From Mobula hypostoma (lineage: Eukaryota), in contig NC_086108.1 in the NCBI RefSeq assembly GCF_963921235.1, positions 43,774,001 to 43,838,000 of the forward strand: DNA of 64,000 bases. Reading direction: 5' to 3'. Positions 23,998-37,030 of this stretch are shown piece by piece. Within the stretch, counting starts at the first letter, position 1, and each line of letters begins with the position of its first letter. The notes below the pieces were generated by a model. It was given only the letters and a program-made list of their open reading frames with translations. It was not told the DNA's origin and did not search any database. Both the position numbers and the translations under genes were made by a program.

Positions 23998-25859
23998 CAA
24001 AACAATTGTGATCTGTGAATACTGGGTTTGTGCATTTAGACCTCATTATGTCACCATCCTCGCTGTTAAAATTAGGTTGCATGAACAGCTGTAGTTTGTT
24101 GCCTCTTTGTCAGTATGGTTGTATGCACTTGTCCATGGTTTAGGGATAGCTATTTGTGATGTATCGTATATGATGTTACCTTCCTGAATAACTGCTATGG
24201 ACAACTAGTAGTTGAGGTTGGGATATAATTGTTTAATCAGCACATGTCAAGCCCTGCTGTCTGAGCTTGGGTATAGCTACATTACCGGATATATTGATAA
24301 AATCTGATGAAATGGCAAGTCTCTGTAGCTCTTGCAAAGTTGGAATAACAATGGCTGAGCTTGGCAGTTGCCTAAGAGCATTCATTTTGCAAGAGGTTGA
24401 GGTGATCAACAGACTCTTGTCATCATCAGCTCATAAGGTGATGTTACTAATCAATATGCTCTTCATGTCCCTGCTGAAGTTGGCCAAATCAGGATAAAGT
24501 GGCTTTCTGCTCCTCCTGTTGAGTTCCACAGCCAATGCTGTAATGTACCATTTAAGGAGCTTGTTCATCTTTGAGCTTTCTGTAAGAATGTTGCTGTAAT
24601 TGTCATTGTGGGTGCTACTTGGTGTAGAACATGGTGTAACTTACACCACCCAAACCATTGCTTGTTAGAATGGAAAGGTTGATTTCCTGAGGCTTGAGCT
24701 TCAATTTGAGGAAGAACTTTGTTCAACACTGATGACTTGAAATAGACCAGTTAGCCGCTGTGGTTTAGAATTGCAGTAAGTTTTGGCTGGACTGAGACAT
24801 TCAGATGTGATGGGTAACTGCCAAGTGAGCTTTACGTTTTTTGAATTATTGGACGTAGTTAAATAAAAATTCTTTGTGAACAGGTGAAAATGATGTCCTA
24901 GTTAGTTAGTTGTAATTCATTTTCATTTATGCAGTAATGGATAATATCACCAAAATGTTCTTCAAGGACACTTATGTTTTCAGTGTGCTCTAGTGTTTAA
25001 AAATGTCTTGCAGAATGCCCGAGGGAATTTTGATTAGAATACAGTATACAGTTAGTTGAGGTATTTGTTAGAACAAGCAATAGGAATCAATCCAAGCAGA
25101 AGTTTCCACAGTGTTTGAATCTGGGTCCTTGTATCTCAAAGGTTATTTCTGGTCATTGCTCTATTCCACAAAGGACAGCAGCCCTTAAATACTATGGGCT
25201 AAGTGCATTTCTCCCTTATTGTGTGCCTTAGCAGACATTATTGCTAGCCCATGGAAGGTAGTCCAGCTGATTTGATCCAACACCCTTGTGTAGGTTCCTG
25301 TAAAGTCCACAGAAGTTCCTTTCCACTTGTGTTTTATTTTTTTACTGAGAATCATTTTTGTTACTTACTTATCACCCAGGCTGGCTTCAGCAAGTTTAGC
25401 CCCAGTATGGAAATTATATGTGGGGTTTCTATTCAGCACTTCACAGATGGTAAAGTACATTAGAATGTTTTAATGTGACAGACGATGCTGTACAAATGCA
25501 GGACATTATGACTCGGTCCAATGTGACGTGCTCATTTACTATCTGCAGTTCTGGGTGAGCTTCAGAATCTGTTTCAGAAGGAGACTGTTTTGATAGTTTA
25601 AAATATATGTAAATATAGGGAAAAGATTGGGGAAAGTGTGCAGAATTTACTGAATCTGTATGACAGGGCAAATACACTTCCTTAGGTCCTTGAGTCATGG
25701 GAGAAACTATGAATAAACATAGAGGAATTGTCCATTTAAGTTCCTATCTAAAGTAGTGTCCAGTCATAGCTGAAAAATATTTGTTAACTATCCAGGTTAA
25801 TCTGCCGTGCTTTCTTTGCATTGCACTTTGTGCTGGGTCCAGGACAGGGCCTCGGAAAT

Positions 25860-26482
25860 AGTAAGACCCGGAATTTAAAGTTGCTGACTCTCTCCACCTC
25901 TGAAGAGGACTGGCTCATGGGCCTCTGGCTTTCTTCTCTGAAGTCTACAATCAGTTCCTTGGTCTTGCTGACATTGAGTGACAGGTTGTTATAAAGATAC
26001 CACTCGGACAGATTTTCAGTCTCCCCCCCGTATGCAGATTCATCACCACTTTTGGGTCAGCCTATAGCAGTGGTGTCATTAGCAAACAGATATGGCATTG
26101 GAGCTATGCTTACATATACAGTCATAGGTGTAAAGCGAGTAGATCAGAGGGCAAAGCCCACAGCCTTTAGTGCACCTGTGCTGATGGAGATCATCGAGGA
26201 GATGTTGTTGCCAATCTGAACTGACAGGGGTCTACAAGTGAGGAAGTCCAAGATCTAAATGCACAAGAGATATTGACACCAAGGTCTTGGAGCTTATTGA
26301 TTAGTTCTGAGGGGATAGTGGTATTGAATGTTGAGCTGTAGTCAATAATGAACATCCTGACGTATGCACCTTTGCTGTCCAGATGTTCCAGGGTTGAGTG
26401 AAGAGCTAATGAGATGGCATCTGCTGTGGATCTGTTGCTCCCGTAGGCAAATTGAAGTGGATCCAAGTCGCCCCTCAAGCAG
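25860..26482 (-). mobile_element. Older Rex1/Babar RT fragment
   Basis: ORF 26191-26478 [18 protein letters not shown]...[14 protein letters not shown]. Confidence 0.75.
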
Positions 26483-27975
26483 GAATTGAATTGAATTGAC
26501 TTTATTTCTTACATCCTTCACATACATGAGGAGTAAAATCTTTACATTACGTCTCCGTCTAAATGTGCAATGTGCAATCATAGTAATTTATAATAAATAG
26601 AACAATCAATGCAACATAGAAATACACTCAGATCAGTGTGAGTTAATCAGTCTGATGGTCTGGTGGAAGAAGCTGTCCTGGAGCCTGTTGGTCCTAGCTT
26701 TTATGCTGCAATACAGCTGGAATAGATTGTGGTTGGGGTAACTTGGGTCCCCAATGATCCTTCAGGCCCTTTTTTCACACCTGCCTTTGTAAACGTCCTG
26801 AATCATGGGAAGTTCACAACTACAGATGCGCTGGGCTGTCCGCACCACTCTCAGCAGAATCCTGCGATTAAGGGATGTACAATTCTCATACCAGGCAGTG
26901 ATGCAGCCAGTTAGGATGCTCTCAATTGTGCCCCTATAGAAAGTTCTTAGCAACTGGGGACCCATACCAAACTTCCTCAACTGCCTGAAGTACTGTTGTG
27001 CCTTTTTCACCACATGGCTAGTATGTACAGACCATGTGAGGTCCTTATTGATGTATATGCCGGGGAACTTAAAGCTGTTTACCCTCTCAACCCCAGATCC
27101 ACTGATGTCAATAGGGGTTAGCCAGTCTCCATTGTTTTTGTAATGCACAACCAGCTTCTTTGTTTTTGTGACGTTGAGGGAGAGGTTGTTTTCTTGACAT
27201 CACTGTGTCAGAGAGATGACTTCTTCCTTGTAGGCCTCCTCATTATTATTTGAGATTAGGCCAATCAATGTAGTGTCATTGGCAAATTTAATTAGCAGAT
27301 TAGAGCTGTGGGTGGTGACACAGTCATGGGTATACTGGGGGTAAAGGAGAGGACTTAGTACACAGTCCTGAGGGGCTTTTCTGTTGAGAGTCTGAGGGAT
27401 GGAGGTGAGGTGAGGGAGCCCACTCTTCCCACTGGTGATCTGACAGGGAATCCAGGATCCAGCTGCACAAGGCAGGGTCAAGGCCAAGGTCTCTGAGCTT
27501 CCTGTCGAGCCTGGAAGGAATTACGGTGTTGGATGCTGAACTGTAGTCCAAGAACAGCATTCTCACACAAGCATCTTTCTTTTCCAGATGTGTAAGGATC
27601 TGATGTGTTTCGTCACCAACCTCTTAAAACACGTAATTACTGTGGACATAAGTGCAACTGGGTGATATCATTGCGGTAGGTCACCATGCCCTTCTTGGGC
27701 ACTGGCATAATTAAAGGCTGATTGAAGCAGGTGGGTACCGCACACTGCTGAAGTGAGAGGTTAGAAACACCGGTCAGTTGGTCAGCACGGGTCTTTGGTA
27801 CATGGCCGGGTACCCTGTCTGGTCTGGATGCTTTCTGTGGACTCACCTCTTGAAGGCAGCCCACATGTCAGCTTCAGAGACTGAGGTCATAAGATGGTTC
27901 TTCCTTGTTCTGATGGTCAAAGTGAGCATAGAAGGCTTTGAGCCCATTTGGAAGCAAAGGCCTGCTATTTTCCAT

Positions 27976-28908
27976 AGAACATAGAATAGGCCTTGGTGAG
28001 ACCACACCTGGAGTATTGTGTGCAGTTTTGGTCCCCTAATCTGAGGAAAGACATCTTTGCCATAGAGGGAGTACAAAGAAGGTTCACCAGATTGATTCCT
28101 GGGATGGCAGGTCTTTCATATGAAGAAAGACTGGATGAACTGGGCTTGTACTCGTTGGAATTTAGAAGATTGAGGGGGGATCTGATTGAAACGTATAAGA
28201 TCCTAAAGGGATTGGACAGGCTAGATGCAGGAAGATTGTTCCCGATGTTGGGGAGGTCTAGAACGAGGGGTCACAGTTTGAGGATAGAGGGGAAGCCTTT
28301 TAGGACCGAGGTTAGGAAAAACTTCTTCACACAGAGAGTGGTGAATCTGTGGAATTCTCTGCCACAGCAAACTGTTGAGGCCAGTTCATTAGCTATGTTT
28401 AAAAGGAAGTTAGATATGGCCCTTGTGGCTACAGGGGTCAGGGGGTATGGAGGGAAGGCTGGGTTCTGAGTTGGATGATCAGCCATGATCATAATAAATG
28501 GCGGTGCAGGCTCGAAGGGCCGAATGGCCTACTCCTGCACCTATTTTCTATGTTTCTATGTTTCTAGTACAGCACAGTACAGGCCCTTTGGCCCACAATA
28601 TTGTGCCGACCCTTAAACCCTGCCTCCCACATAACCCACAACCTTAAATGCCTCCATATACCTGTCTAGTAGTCTCTTAAATTTCACAGTGAATCTGCCT
28701 CCACCACTGACTCAGGCAGTGCATTCCACGCACCAACCACTCTCTGAGTAAAAAACCTTCCTCTAATATCCCCCTTGAACTTCCCACCCCTTACCTTAAA
28801 GCCATGTCCTCTTGTATTGAGCAGTGGTGCCCTGCAGAACTGGACACAGTACTTCAAGTGTGACCTAACCAGAGTTTTATAGAGCTGCATCATTACCTCA
28901 CGAAAACC
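27976..28908 (-). mobile_element. CR1 3' fragment with internal deletion, flanked by a TTCCAT duplication
   Basis: ORF 28684-28947 (LYKTLVRSHLKYCVQF/ TRGHGFKVRGGKF..FFTQRVVGAWNALP); TTCCAT at 27970-27975 and 28909-28914. Confidence 0.75.
27988..28567 (+). mobile_element. Young CR1 (family A) 3' end inserted into the tail of the opposite-strand CR1
   Basis: ORF 27993-28469 is near-identical to the family A C-terminus; host tail CATAGAACATAGAATAG|TACAGCAC is split around it. Confidence 0.9.
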
Positions 28909-31284
28909 TTCCATGTTGCTCCATTTGTAGGAGGTGATAGTATTCAAGTCCTGCCACTGCTGTCGAGCATCCCTTGTTGATTCATTTGGTTCAGAAATTC
29001 CACCTCACACGGGAGATGGTTTTCTGGAGAACATACCTGCACCTCTTGTAGCTTTCTTGCTCTCCAGACTTGAATGCATCCTATCTGGCCCTCAGCAGAT
29101 TTCCAAACTCATGATTCATCCAGGGCTTGATTGAGGAAAAGTGAATGATTTAGCTGGGACACACTCATCAACAGCTGTATTAATAAAGTCCATTACAACC
29201 ATAATGTGTTCATTCAGACCTCCTGATGAGTTCTTGAACAAGGCCCAGTCCACTGACTCAGAGCAAGCCTGTATTTGCTCCTCAGCCTTCCAAGACCACC
29301 TCTTAGTCGTCCTACTCTCTGGAGCCTTGCTTTTTAGGCTCTGCCTGTATACTGGTAGGAGACGACAGCCAAGTGATCCGATTTACCAAAATGTGGTCTG
29401 GACAAGGAACGGTAAACATTGCTTAACTTAGTATAGCAGTGGTCTAGTATGTTGGAACCTCTGGTGCTACAGGTTATATGGTGGTGATAAATGGGCAGAG
29501 TTTTCTTCAAACAGGCTTAGTTGAAGTCTCTGAATATAATTTCAAATGCGTTAGACTGGGTTGTTTCTTGTTCGCAGACAACATCGTGCAGTGTTGCAAG
29601 TGCTTGATTATAGTGGGCTGCTGGTGTCATATACTTAAGTTACAGTCAGAATCATGGATGAGAACTCCTGAGGTAAATAGAATGGACAGCATTTGGCCAC
29701 TACGTGTTCCAAGTCGGGGGAACACGTGTTTGACAGAACCACCACATTGGAGTACCAATGAGAGTTAACCATAAAACATGCACCTCCTCCCTTTGCCTTA
29801 CCTGGGTCTGCAGTTCAGTCAGTTCTGTGAATCATGAATCCTTCTGGTCTGACTGCTGCATCCAGCATATCCAGAGATAACCACGTTCCGGTACAGCATA
29901 AAATTGAGTAGACTTTCATCTGCCTCTGACATAGCAGCCTTGCCCTGAGATCCTCAGTTTTATTCTCCAACAACGACACACTTGCCAACAACCTGGAGGT
30001 TGTTTGAATTAACCTTGGAGGATGGAGAGAAATTCCTGCAGATGTGTTTATGTTTGAATACCGAGTCTTAGTTACAGCGGAGTGTCAGTCTGTGTATTTC
30101 AAATGAGACTACATCATTCGACATCTATACTAGGATTGTACTTACTTGAAAGGCCAGTCAAATCCCGTATTTGATCATCAGTCTGTTTGCTGAAATCAAC
30201 CCTGATATTTTGGGTAAAGTGGGTAACATGAGACTTAATTCTTAATTAAGTTAGGTATTGAACGAGGTATTCTACTTCATATGGGCTATGCTGGCTAATG
30301 CATGTGAGATCTGCAATAAGACAATTGGAGTAGGCTGCTTGTCTGTTTGAACCTGCCCTGTCAATTATGATCATTTCAGATTCTCTATCTTCAAACTATT
30401 TTCCTGCTTTACCCCTGGATGCATTTTTACATCTAGATGTCTACATACTGACAACTTATTGGCTTGATCTCTACTTCCTTCTGTGGTAGAGAATTCTTCC
30501 TGTTCACTACAGTTAGCATGAGTAAATATCACAATTTTTGTCATAAATGTCTTAACACTAACATCTGAGAACATGACAACTGGTTCTAGACACTCCAACC
30601 AAGGAAACCTTCTCTCTGCATGTAGTCCTTCAAGTCAGAAGTTTGTGAATCTCTGTGTATGACAGTGCTGCTAGCTCATGCATCAGTTCGTCTTTAACAA
30701 GTACAGGTTTTTGTAGGAGAGGAGAGCAATATTGTTAAATGCTCAAGATGTTTCACCAAGACTCTTTGTAGTTGAGCAAGACACCCTTGTGCTTATATTC
30801 AATCATTCTTGCAATGAAGGCCAGTGTTTTGTTTCAGATACTGGTCTATATTATTTCTCAATCTATCGCCATCTAACTAATGAGCTGCTTTTGTTTTCAC
30901 TACTGTAGTGAATACATCTACACTACATTTTGTTTGTTGTGTATTTGTCCACTTACTGAACTTGTCTAAATTGCCTTGAAATTCCTTTGCATTACCTTCA
31001 TGTTCCAGTGACAACAATGGTGTCAATGATAGGCTTAAAATATTACAATCATTCCCACAGTTATTATATATTAAGATTTGATGAGCCCCAAGTACCGATG
31101 CCCACACTATCTCAAGTTGTCATGTGCTTTCCCAATAAAGACCCATTTATTCCTTGTTTTCTGTCCATCAATCAATTTTCAGTCCATTATGTTATCTTTC
31201 TCCAATCTCATATCCTTTAATTTCCTGAACTAACCACTTGAGTTGGGGTCTTTCAAAGACCTTCTGAAAATTCAAAAATAGGCT

Positions 31285-34200
31285 ATAGAAACATAGAAAA
31301 CCTACAGCACAATACATGCCCTTCGGCCCACAAAGTTGTGTTGAACATATACTTACTTTAGAAATTACCCATAGCCCTCTATTTTTCTAAGCTCCAAGTA
31401 CCTATCCAGGAATCTCTTACAAGACCCTATCATCCGCCTCCACCACCATCGCCAGCAGCCTATTCCACGCTCTCACCACTCTCTTAAAAAACTTACCCCT
31501 TACATCTCCTCTGTATCTACTTCCAAGCACCTTAAAACTGCGCCCTCTCGCGCTAACCATTTCAGCCCTGGGGAAAAGCCTCTATCCACATGATCAATGC
31601 ATCTCATCATCTTATACACCTCTCATCCTCTGTCGCTCCAAGGAGAAAAGGCCGAGTTCACCCAACCTATTCTCCTAAGGCATGCTCCCCAATCCAGGCA
31701 ACATCCTTGTAAATCTCCTCTGCACCCTTTCTATGGTTTCCACATCTGGTAGTGAGGCGACCAGAACTGAGCAAGGTACTCCAAGTGAGGTCTGACCAGG
31801 GTCCTATATAGCTGCAAAATTACTTCTCGGCTCCTAAACTCAATCCCACGATTGACGAAGGCCAATGCACTGTATGCCTTCTTAACCACAGAGTCAACCT
31901 GCGCAGCAGTTTTGAGCGTCCTATGGACTCGGACCCCAAGATCCCTCTGATCCTCCACACTGCCAAGAGTCTTACCATTAATACTATATTCTGCCATCAT
32001 ATTTGACCTACCCAAATGAACCACTTCACACTTTTTTTGGTTGAACTCCATCTGCCACTTCTCAGCCCAGTTTTGCATCTTATTAATGTCCGGCTGTAAC
32101 CTCTGACAGCCCTCCACACTATCCACAACACCTCCAACCTTTTTGTCATCAGCAAATTAACTAACCCATCCCTCCACTTCCTCAGCCAGGTCATTTATAA
32201 AAATCATAAAGACTAAGGGTCCCAGAACAGATCCCTGAGGCACACCACGGGTGACCGACCTACATGTAGAATCTGACCCATCTACAATCACTCTTTGTCT
32301 TTTTTGGCAAGCCAGTTCTGGATCCACAAAGCAAGTCCCCTTGGATCTCATGCCTCCTTACTTTCTCAATAAGCCTTGCATGGGGTACCTTATCAAATGC
32401 CTTGCTGAAATCCATATACACTACATCTACTGCTCTACCTTCATCAATGTGCTTAGTCACATCCTCAAAAAATTCAATTAGGCTCGTAAAACACAACCTG
32501 TCTTTGACAAAGCCATGCTGACTATTCCTAATCATATTATGCCTCTCCAAATGTTCATAAATCCTGCCTCTCAGGATCTTCTCCATCAACTTGCTCACCA
32601 CTGAAGTAAGACCCACTGGTCTATAATTTCCTGGGCTACCTGTACTCCCTTTCTTGAATAAGAGAACAACATCCGCAACCCTCTGATCCTCTGGAACCTT
32701 TCCCGTCCCCACTGATGATGCAAAGATCATCGCCAGAGGCTCAGCAATTTCCTCCCTCACTTCTCACAGTAGCCTGGGGTACATTTTGTCCTGTCCTGGT
32801 GACTTATCCAACCTGATGCTTTCCTAAAGCTCCAGCACATCCTCTTTCTTGATGTCTATAAGCTCAAGATTTTTAGTCCGCTGAAAGTCATCCCCACAAT
32901 TGCCAAGATCCTTCTCCGTAGCAAATACTGAAGCAAAATACTCATTAAGTACCTCTGCTATCTCCTCCGGTTCCGTACACACTTTCCCATTGTCACACTT
33001 GATTGGTCCTATTTTCTCACGTCTTATCCTCTTGTTCTTCACAAACTTGTAGAATACCTTGGGGTTTTCCTTAATCCTGTCCCCGCTAAGGCCTTCTCAT
33101 GGCCCTTTCTGGCTCTCCTAATTTCATTTTTAAACTCCTTCCTGCTAGCTTTATAATCTTCCAGATCTCTATCATTACCTAGTTTTTTGAACCTTTTGTA
33201 ATCTTTTCTTCTTGACTAGATTTACAACACCATTTGTACACCACGGTTCCTGTACCCTGCCATCCTTTCCGTCTCATTGGAACATACCTATGCAGACTTC
33301 CACGCAAATATCCCCTGAACATTTGCCGCATTTCTTCTGTACATTTCCCTGAGAAAATATGTTCCCAATTTATGCTTCCAAGTTCCTGCCTGATAGCCTC
33401 ATATTTCCCCTTACTCCAATTAAATGTTTTCCTAACTTGTCTGTTCCTATCCTTCTCCAATGCTATGGTAAAGGAGATAGAATTGTGATCACTATCTCCA
33501 AAATGCTCTCCCACTGAGAGATCCGACACCTGACCAGGTTCATTTCCCAATACCAGATCAAGTACAGCCTCTCCTCTTGTAGGCTTATCTACATATTGTG
33601 TCAAGAAACCTTCCTGAACACACCTAACAAGCTCCACCCCATCTAAACCCCTCACTCAAGGGAGATGCCAATCAATATTTGGGAAATTAAAATATCCAAC
33701 CACAACAGCCCTGTTATTGTTATACCTTTCCAGAATCTGTCTCCCTATCTGCTCCTCGATGTCCCTGTTACTTTTGGGAGGTCTATAAAAAACACCCAGT
33801 GGAGTTATTGATCCCTTCCTGTTCCTAACTTCAACCCACAGAGACTCCGTAGACAATCCCTCCATGACTTCCTTTTCTGCATCCAATACACAATCTCTGC
33901 CACGCCCCCACCTCTTTTGCCTCCCTCCCTGTCCCTTCTGAAACATCTAAAGCCTGACACCGAAGTAACCATTCCTGCCTCTGAGCCATCCAAGTCTCTG
34001 TAATGGCCACAACATCATAGCTCCAAGTACTGATCCACGCTTTAAGCTCATCCGCTTTGTTCATAAAACTGTACTCCTTGCATTAAAATAAGACACATCT
34101 CAAACCATCGGTCTGAGCGCATCTTTTCTCTATCACCTGCCTATCCTCCCTCTCACACTGCCTCCAAGCTTTCTGTATTTGTGAGCCAACCATCTCTTCC

Positions 34201-34458
34201 TCTCTCTTGAGTTCAGTTCCCACCCCCCAGCAATTCTAATTTAAACTCTCCCTGATAACCTTAGCAAACCTCCCCGCTAAGATATTGGTCCCCCCGGGAT
34301 TCGAGTGCAATCCATCCCTTTTGTACAGGTCACACCTACCCCAAAAGAGGTCCCAATGATCCAGAAATCTGAATCCGTGCCTCCTGCTCCAATCCCACAG
34401 CCACACATCTATCCTCCACCTCATTCTATTCCTATACTCACTGTCACGTGGCACAGGC
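31285..34458 (-). mobile_element. Long CR1 LINE (family B): ORF1 esterase C-terminus, ORF2 APE endonuclease and RT, decayed
   Basis: ORF1 LFWGRCDLYKRDGLHSNPGGTNILAGRF (SGNH-type DxxH motif); APE motifs VAITETW, YRPP, GYFNFP, TRGEAVLDLV, SDHN; RT motifs; CATAGAAA tail at ~31285. Confidence 0.9.
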
Positions 34459-35519
34459 TTATCTACTGGTTCTCCCATAATCCTGCTATTACATCCTCAA
34501 ATTTCAAGTAGAATTGTCAAAAAGAGCATTTCCCTTCATAAACTTGTTGTCACGTCCCATCCTAATTATCTAAGTATCTTGCTAGCACATCCTTCATCAT
34601 AACCAGGCAATTTCCCTCCAACTGGTAGGTTACCCAATCTATGGATTATGGTTTTCACTCTCCCTTGACCTCTGAATCATTTGCTACTCTCCTCTGAAGG
34701 AACTGTTTCTTAACATGTAGATTTTGGAAAATAATAACTAATGCATGTATTATTTCTTTGGCTCTCAATTTTTATTATTTTGAGATTCAAATTATCAGGC
34801 TTTGAAATTTCTCAAGAATGGTTTTGTTTACTAATAGCAATTTTCTTTAATTCCTTTTCAGTTAGACTCTTGGTTACCTGACATTTCTGGGAGGTTGTGT
34901 TCACATCAGTGAAGTCAACTGAAGGCTTTAATTTCTCTGCATTTCTTTTCCCCTTAATATAAACTAAGGAGCTACATTAGTTGTCTTTATTTATTTATAT
35001 TTTTTCTGTTTAACTAGATTTCATGGTCCACTTTTATCTCTTTCCAAGTTTAGTCTTGTACTCTCTTATTGCTGTCTTAATTTTTGTCCATTTTCATTCT
35101 AAAATTTGAAACTATTCCTAATCTTTAGGTTTGCTACTTTCTTTCACAACTTTATATGACTCCTTTTTGGATCTAATACTACACTTTTATTCATTTTGGC
35201 AGGGCTATTTTCCTTTTCAGATGTGAAACTTTGTTCTTGCATTTGGTTCTTAAATGTTAACAATTCTCTATGCACTATTATATTTTCTGTGAATCTTCCT
35301 TAGTGTATCATAGCCTACTCACTAATGCATTTGTAGGTCTGTGTAAAATTAAAGACACTATTTCACCTTCCAGCTTAATGAATAATTTTATCTTCCCTCA
35401 GCAAGATTATTGATAAACCACTTTGCACAGTACCCAAACTGAAAGAGATTGTTGTCTGCTCAACTAAGGAACAACTGGTCTAACATGGAATCCACTTTGC
35501 ACTCTGCAAATATATCGTC

Positions 35520-35830
35520 TGCGCTATAATTGGAAGAGTCTAGGACCAGAGGGTACAGCCTGAGTGTAGGACGTTCCTTTAAAACAAAAATAAGGAGGAA
35601 TTTCTTTAGCTGGGGATGGTGAATCTTTAGAATTCATTGCCACATAGATGGCAAGTCATTTAAAGTGGAGGTGGACAGGTTCTTGATTAGTAAGGGCAAC
35701 AAAGGTTATGAAGAGAAGGAAGAAGAATGGAGTTGAGCATGAAAATAAAAGTCATGACTGAATAGGGGAGCAGACTCGATGGGCCGCATGCCTAATTCTG
35801 CTTGCTCCTATGTCCTATACCTTATGTCTA
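35520..35830 (+). mobile_element. Degenerate CR1 3' end
   Basis: GAGTCTAGGACCAGAGGG...AGGAATTTCTTTAG...GATGGGCC..TGCTCCTATGTC resembles the CR1 3' ends elsewhere in the window. Confidence 0.65.
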
Positions 35831-35944
35831 AACTGTTTTAACTGGTAACCAGGGGACATAGATTTAAGGTGAAAAACAAAACACAGAAATGGTCTCTTGC
35901 GTTGACTCTATCAATAAATAAAATCATGGCTTATCTGATCAAGA

Positions 35945-37030
35945 TTCAAGACATAATATTCAAGATTGTTTAATATCATTTCCAGTACACAAGTGTAAAG
36001 GAGAACAAAATAATTGTTACTCCGGATCTAATGCAGCACAAAAAAACACAATAAGAAAAAGAACACAACAATAAAAAAAACATAATAAATGTAAATACAT
36101 AAGATAGCTTATATACATAGATTGATTGTATGTACTTAAAGTGCTGCTAGGTACAGGAGTGTACATAAGGTGACTCTGATGGGGAATTATAACATAGAGG
36201 TGGTGGGGGTGTGGTAGGGTGGGTTAGTGGGTGGAGTGGTAGAACGTCACTACTTTTGAGTGCTCCTGGCATGAATGCTACATAGTTCTGTCCCCCATGG
36301 GAGTGGAGCAAACAGCCAATGAACAGGGTTTTCTAGCACTTTTCTGTATACATGTGGCTGATTGTTTGTAGGCTAGAGCCAGTGATGTTTTGGGCAGTTT
36401 TAACTACCAGCTGTAGAGCCTTCCTGTCCGCCACAGTGCAGTTTCTATACCATGCAGTGATGCAGCATTTTAGGACACTCTCTAGTGCACATCTGTAAAA
36501 GGGGGCAAGTATTGATATACATAGTCTAGCTCTCTTCAGTCTGCTCAGAAAGTAGAAGCGTTAATTATGTACTATGTGATCTAGGACCATGCGGGGTGTT
36601 AATTTTGCACTCCCGTGAGTTTGCAGTTTCCATTGCTGTGCCACCTAGGTAAAGAAAATATGAGTGGTGCAAGTTTCCTTAAGTTGATAATCATCTCCTT
36701 TGTCTTGTTGACATTGAGGAAGAGGTCATTTGCCTGGCACCGGGTCCTGAGCTCTTCCACCTCCTCTCTGTGGGCTGTCTCATCATTGTTGGTGATAGGC
36801 CCCACACTGTTGTATCATCAGCGAACTTGACAATGTGGCTACTAGGGTGTTTGGCTGTGCAGTCGTGTGTGATGTGAGCAGAGCGTATCGCAGTGTGCTC
36901 AGCACACAGCCCTGGGGCGGGGGGGGGAGGGGGGCAGCTGTATTAATGATGATGGGGAGGGAGGAGCGGTTCTGCATCCTGACTATCTGAGGTCTGTTGG
37001 TTGAAAAGCCCAACACCCAATGGCACATAA
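35945..37030 (-). mobile_element. Degenerate Rex1/Babar LINE
   Basis: QGCVLS, KFADD-like sequence at ~36815-36830, LNVNKTKEMI. Confidence 0.7.

Larger units (their letters stand above)
26483..29900 (-). mobile_element. Long Rex1/Babar LINE (APE endonuclease to RT to 3' UTR, (TTCAA)n tail), interrupted at 27976-28908
   Basis: RT motifs in ORFs 26762-27864; upstream APE/linker sequence (e.g. RPHFGKSDH reading near 29370-29400) continues after 28915. Confidence 0.75.
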
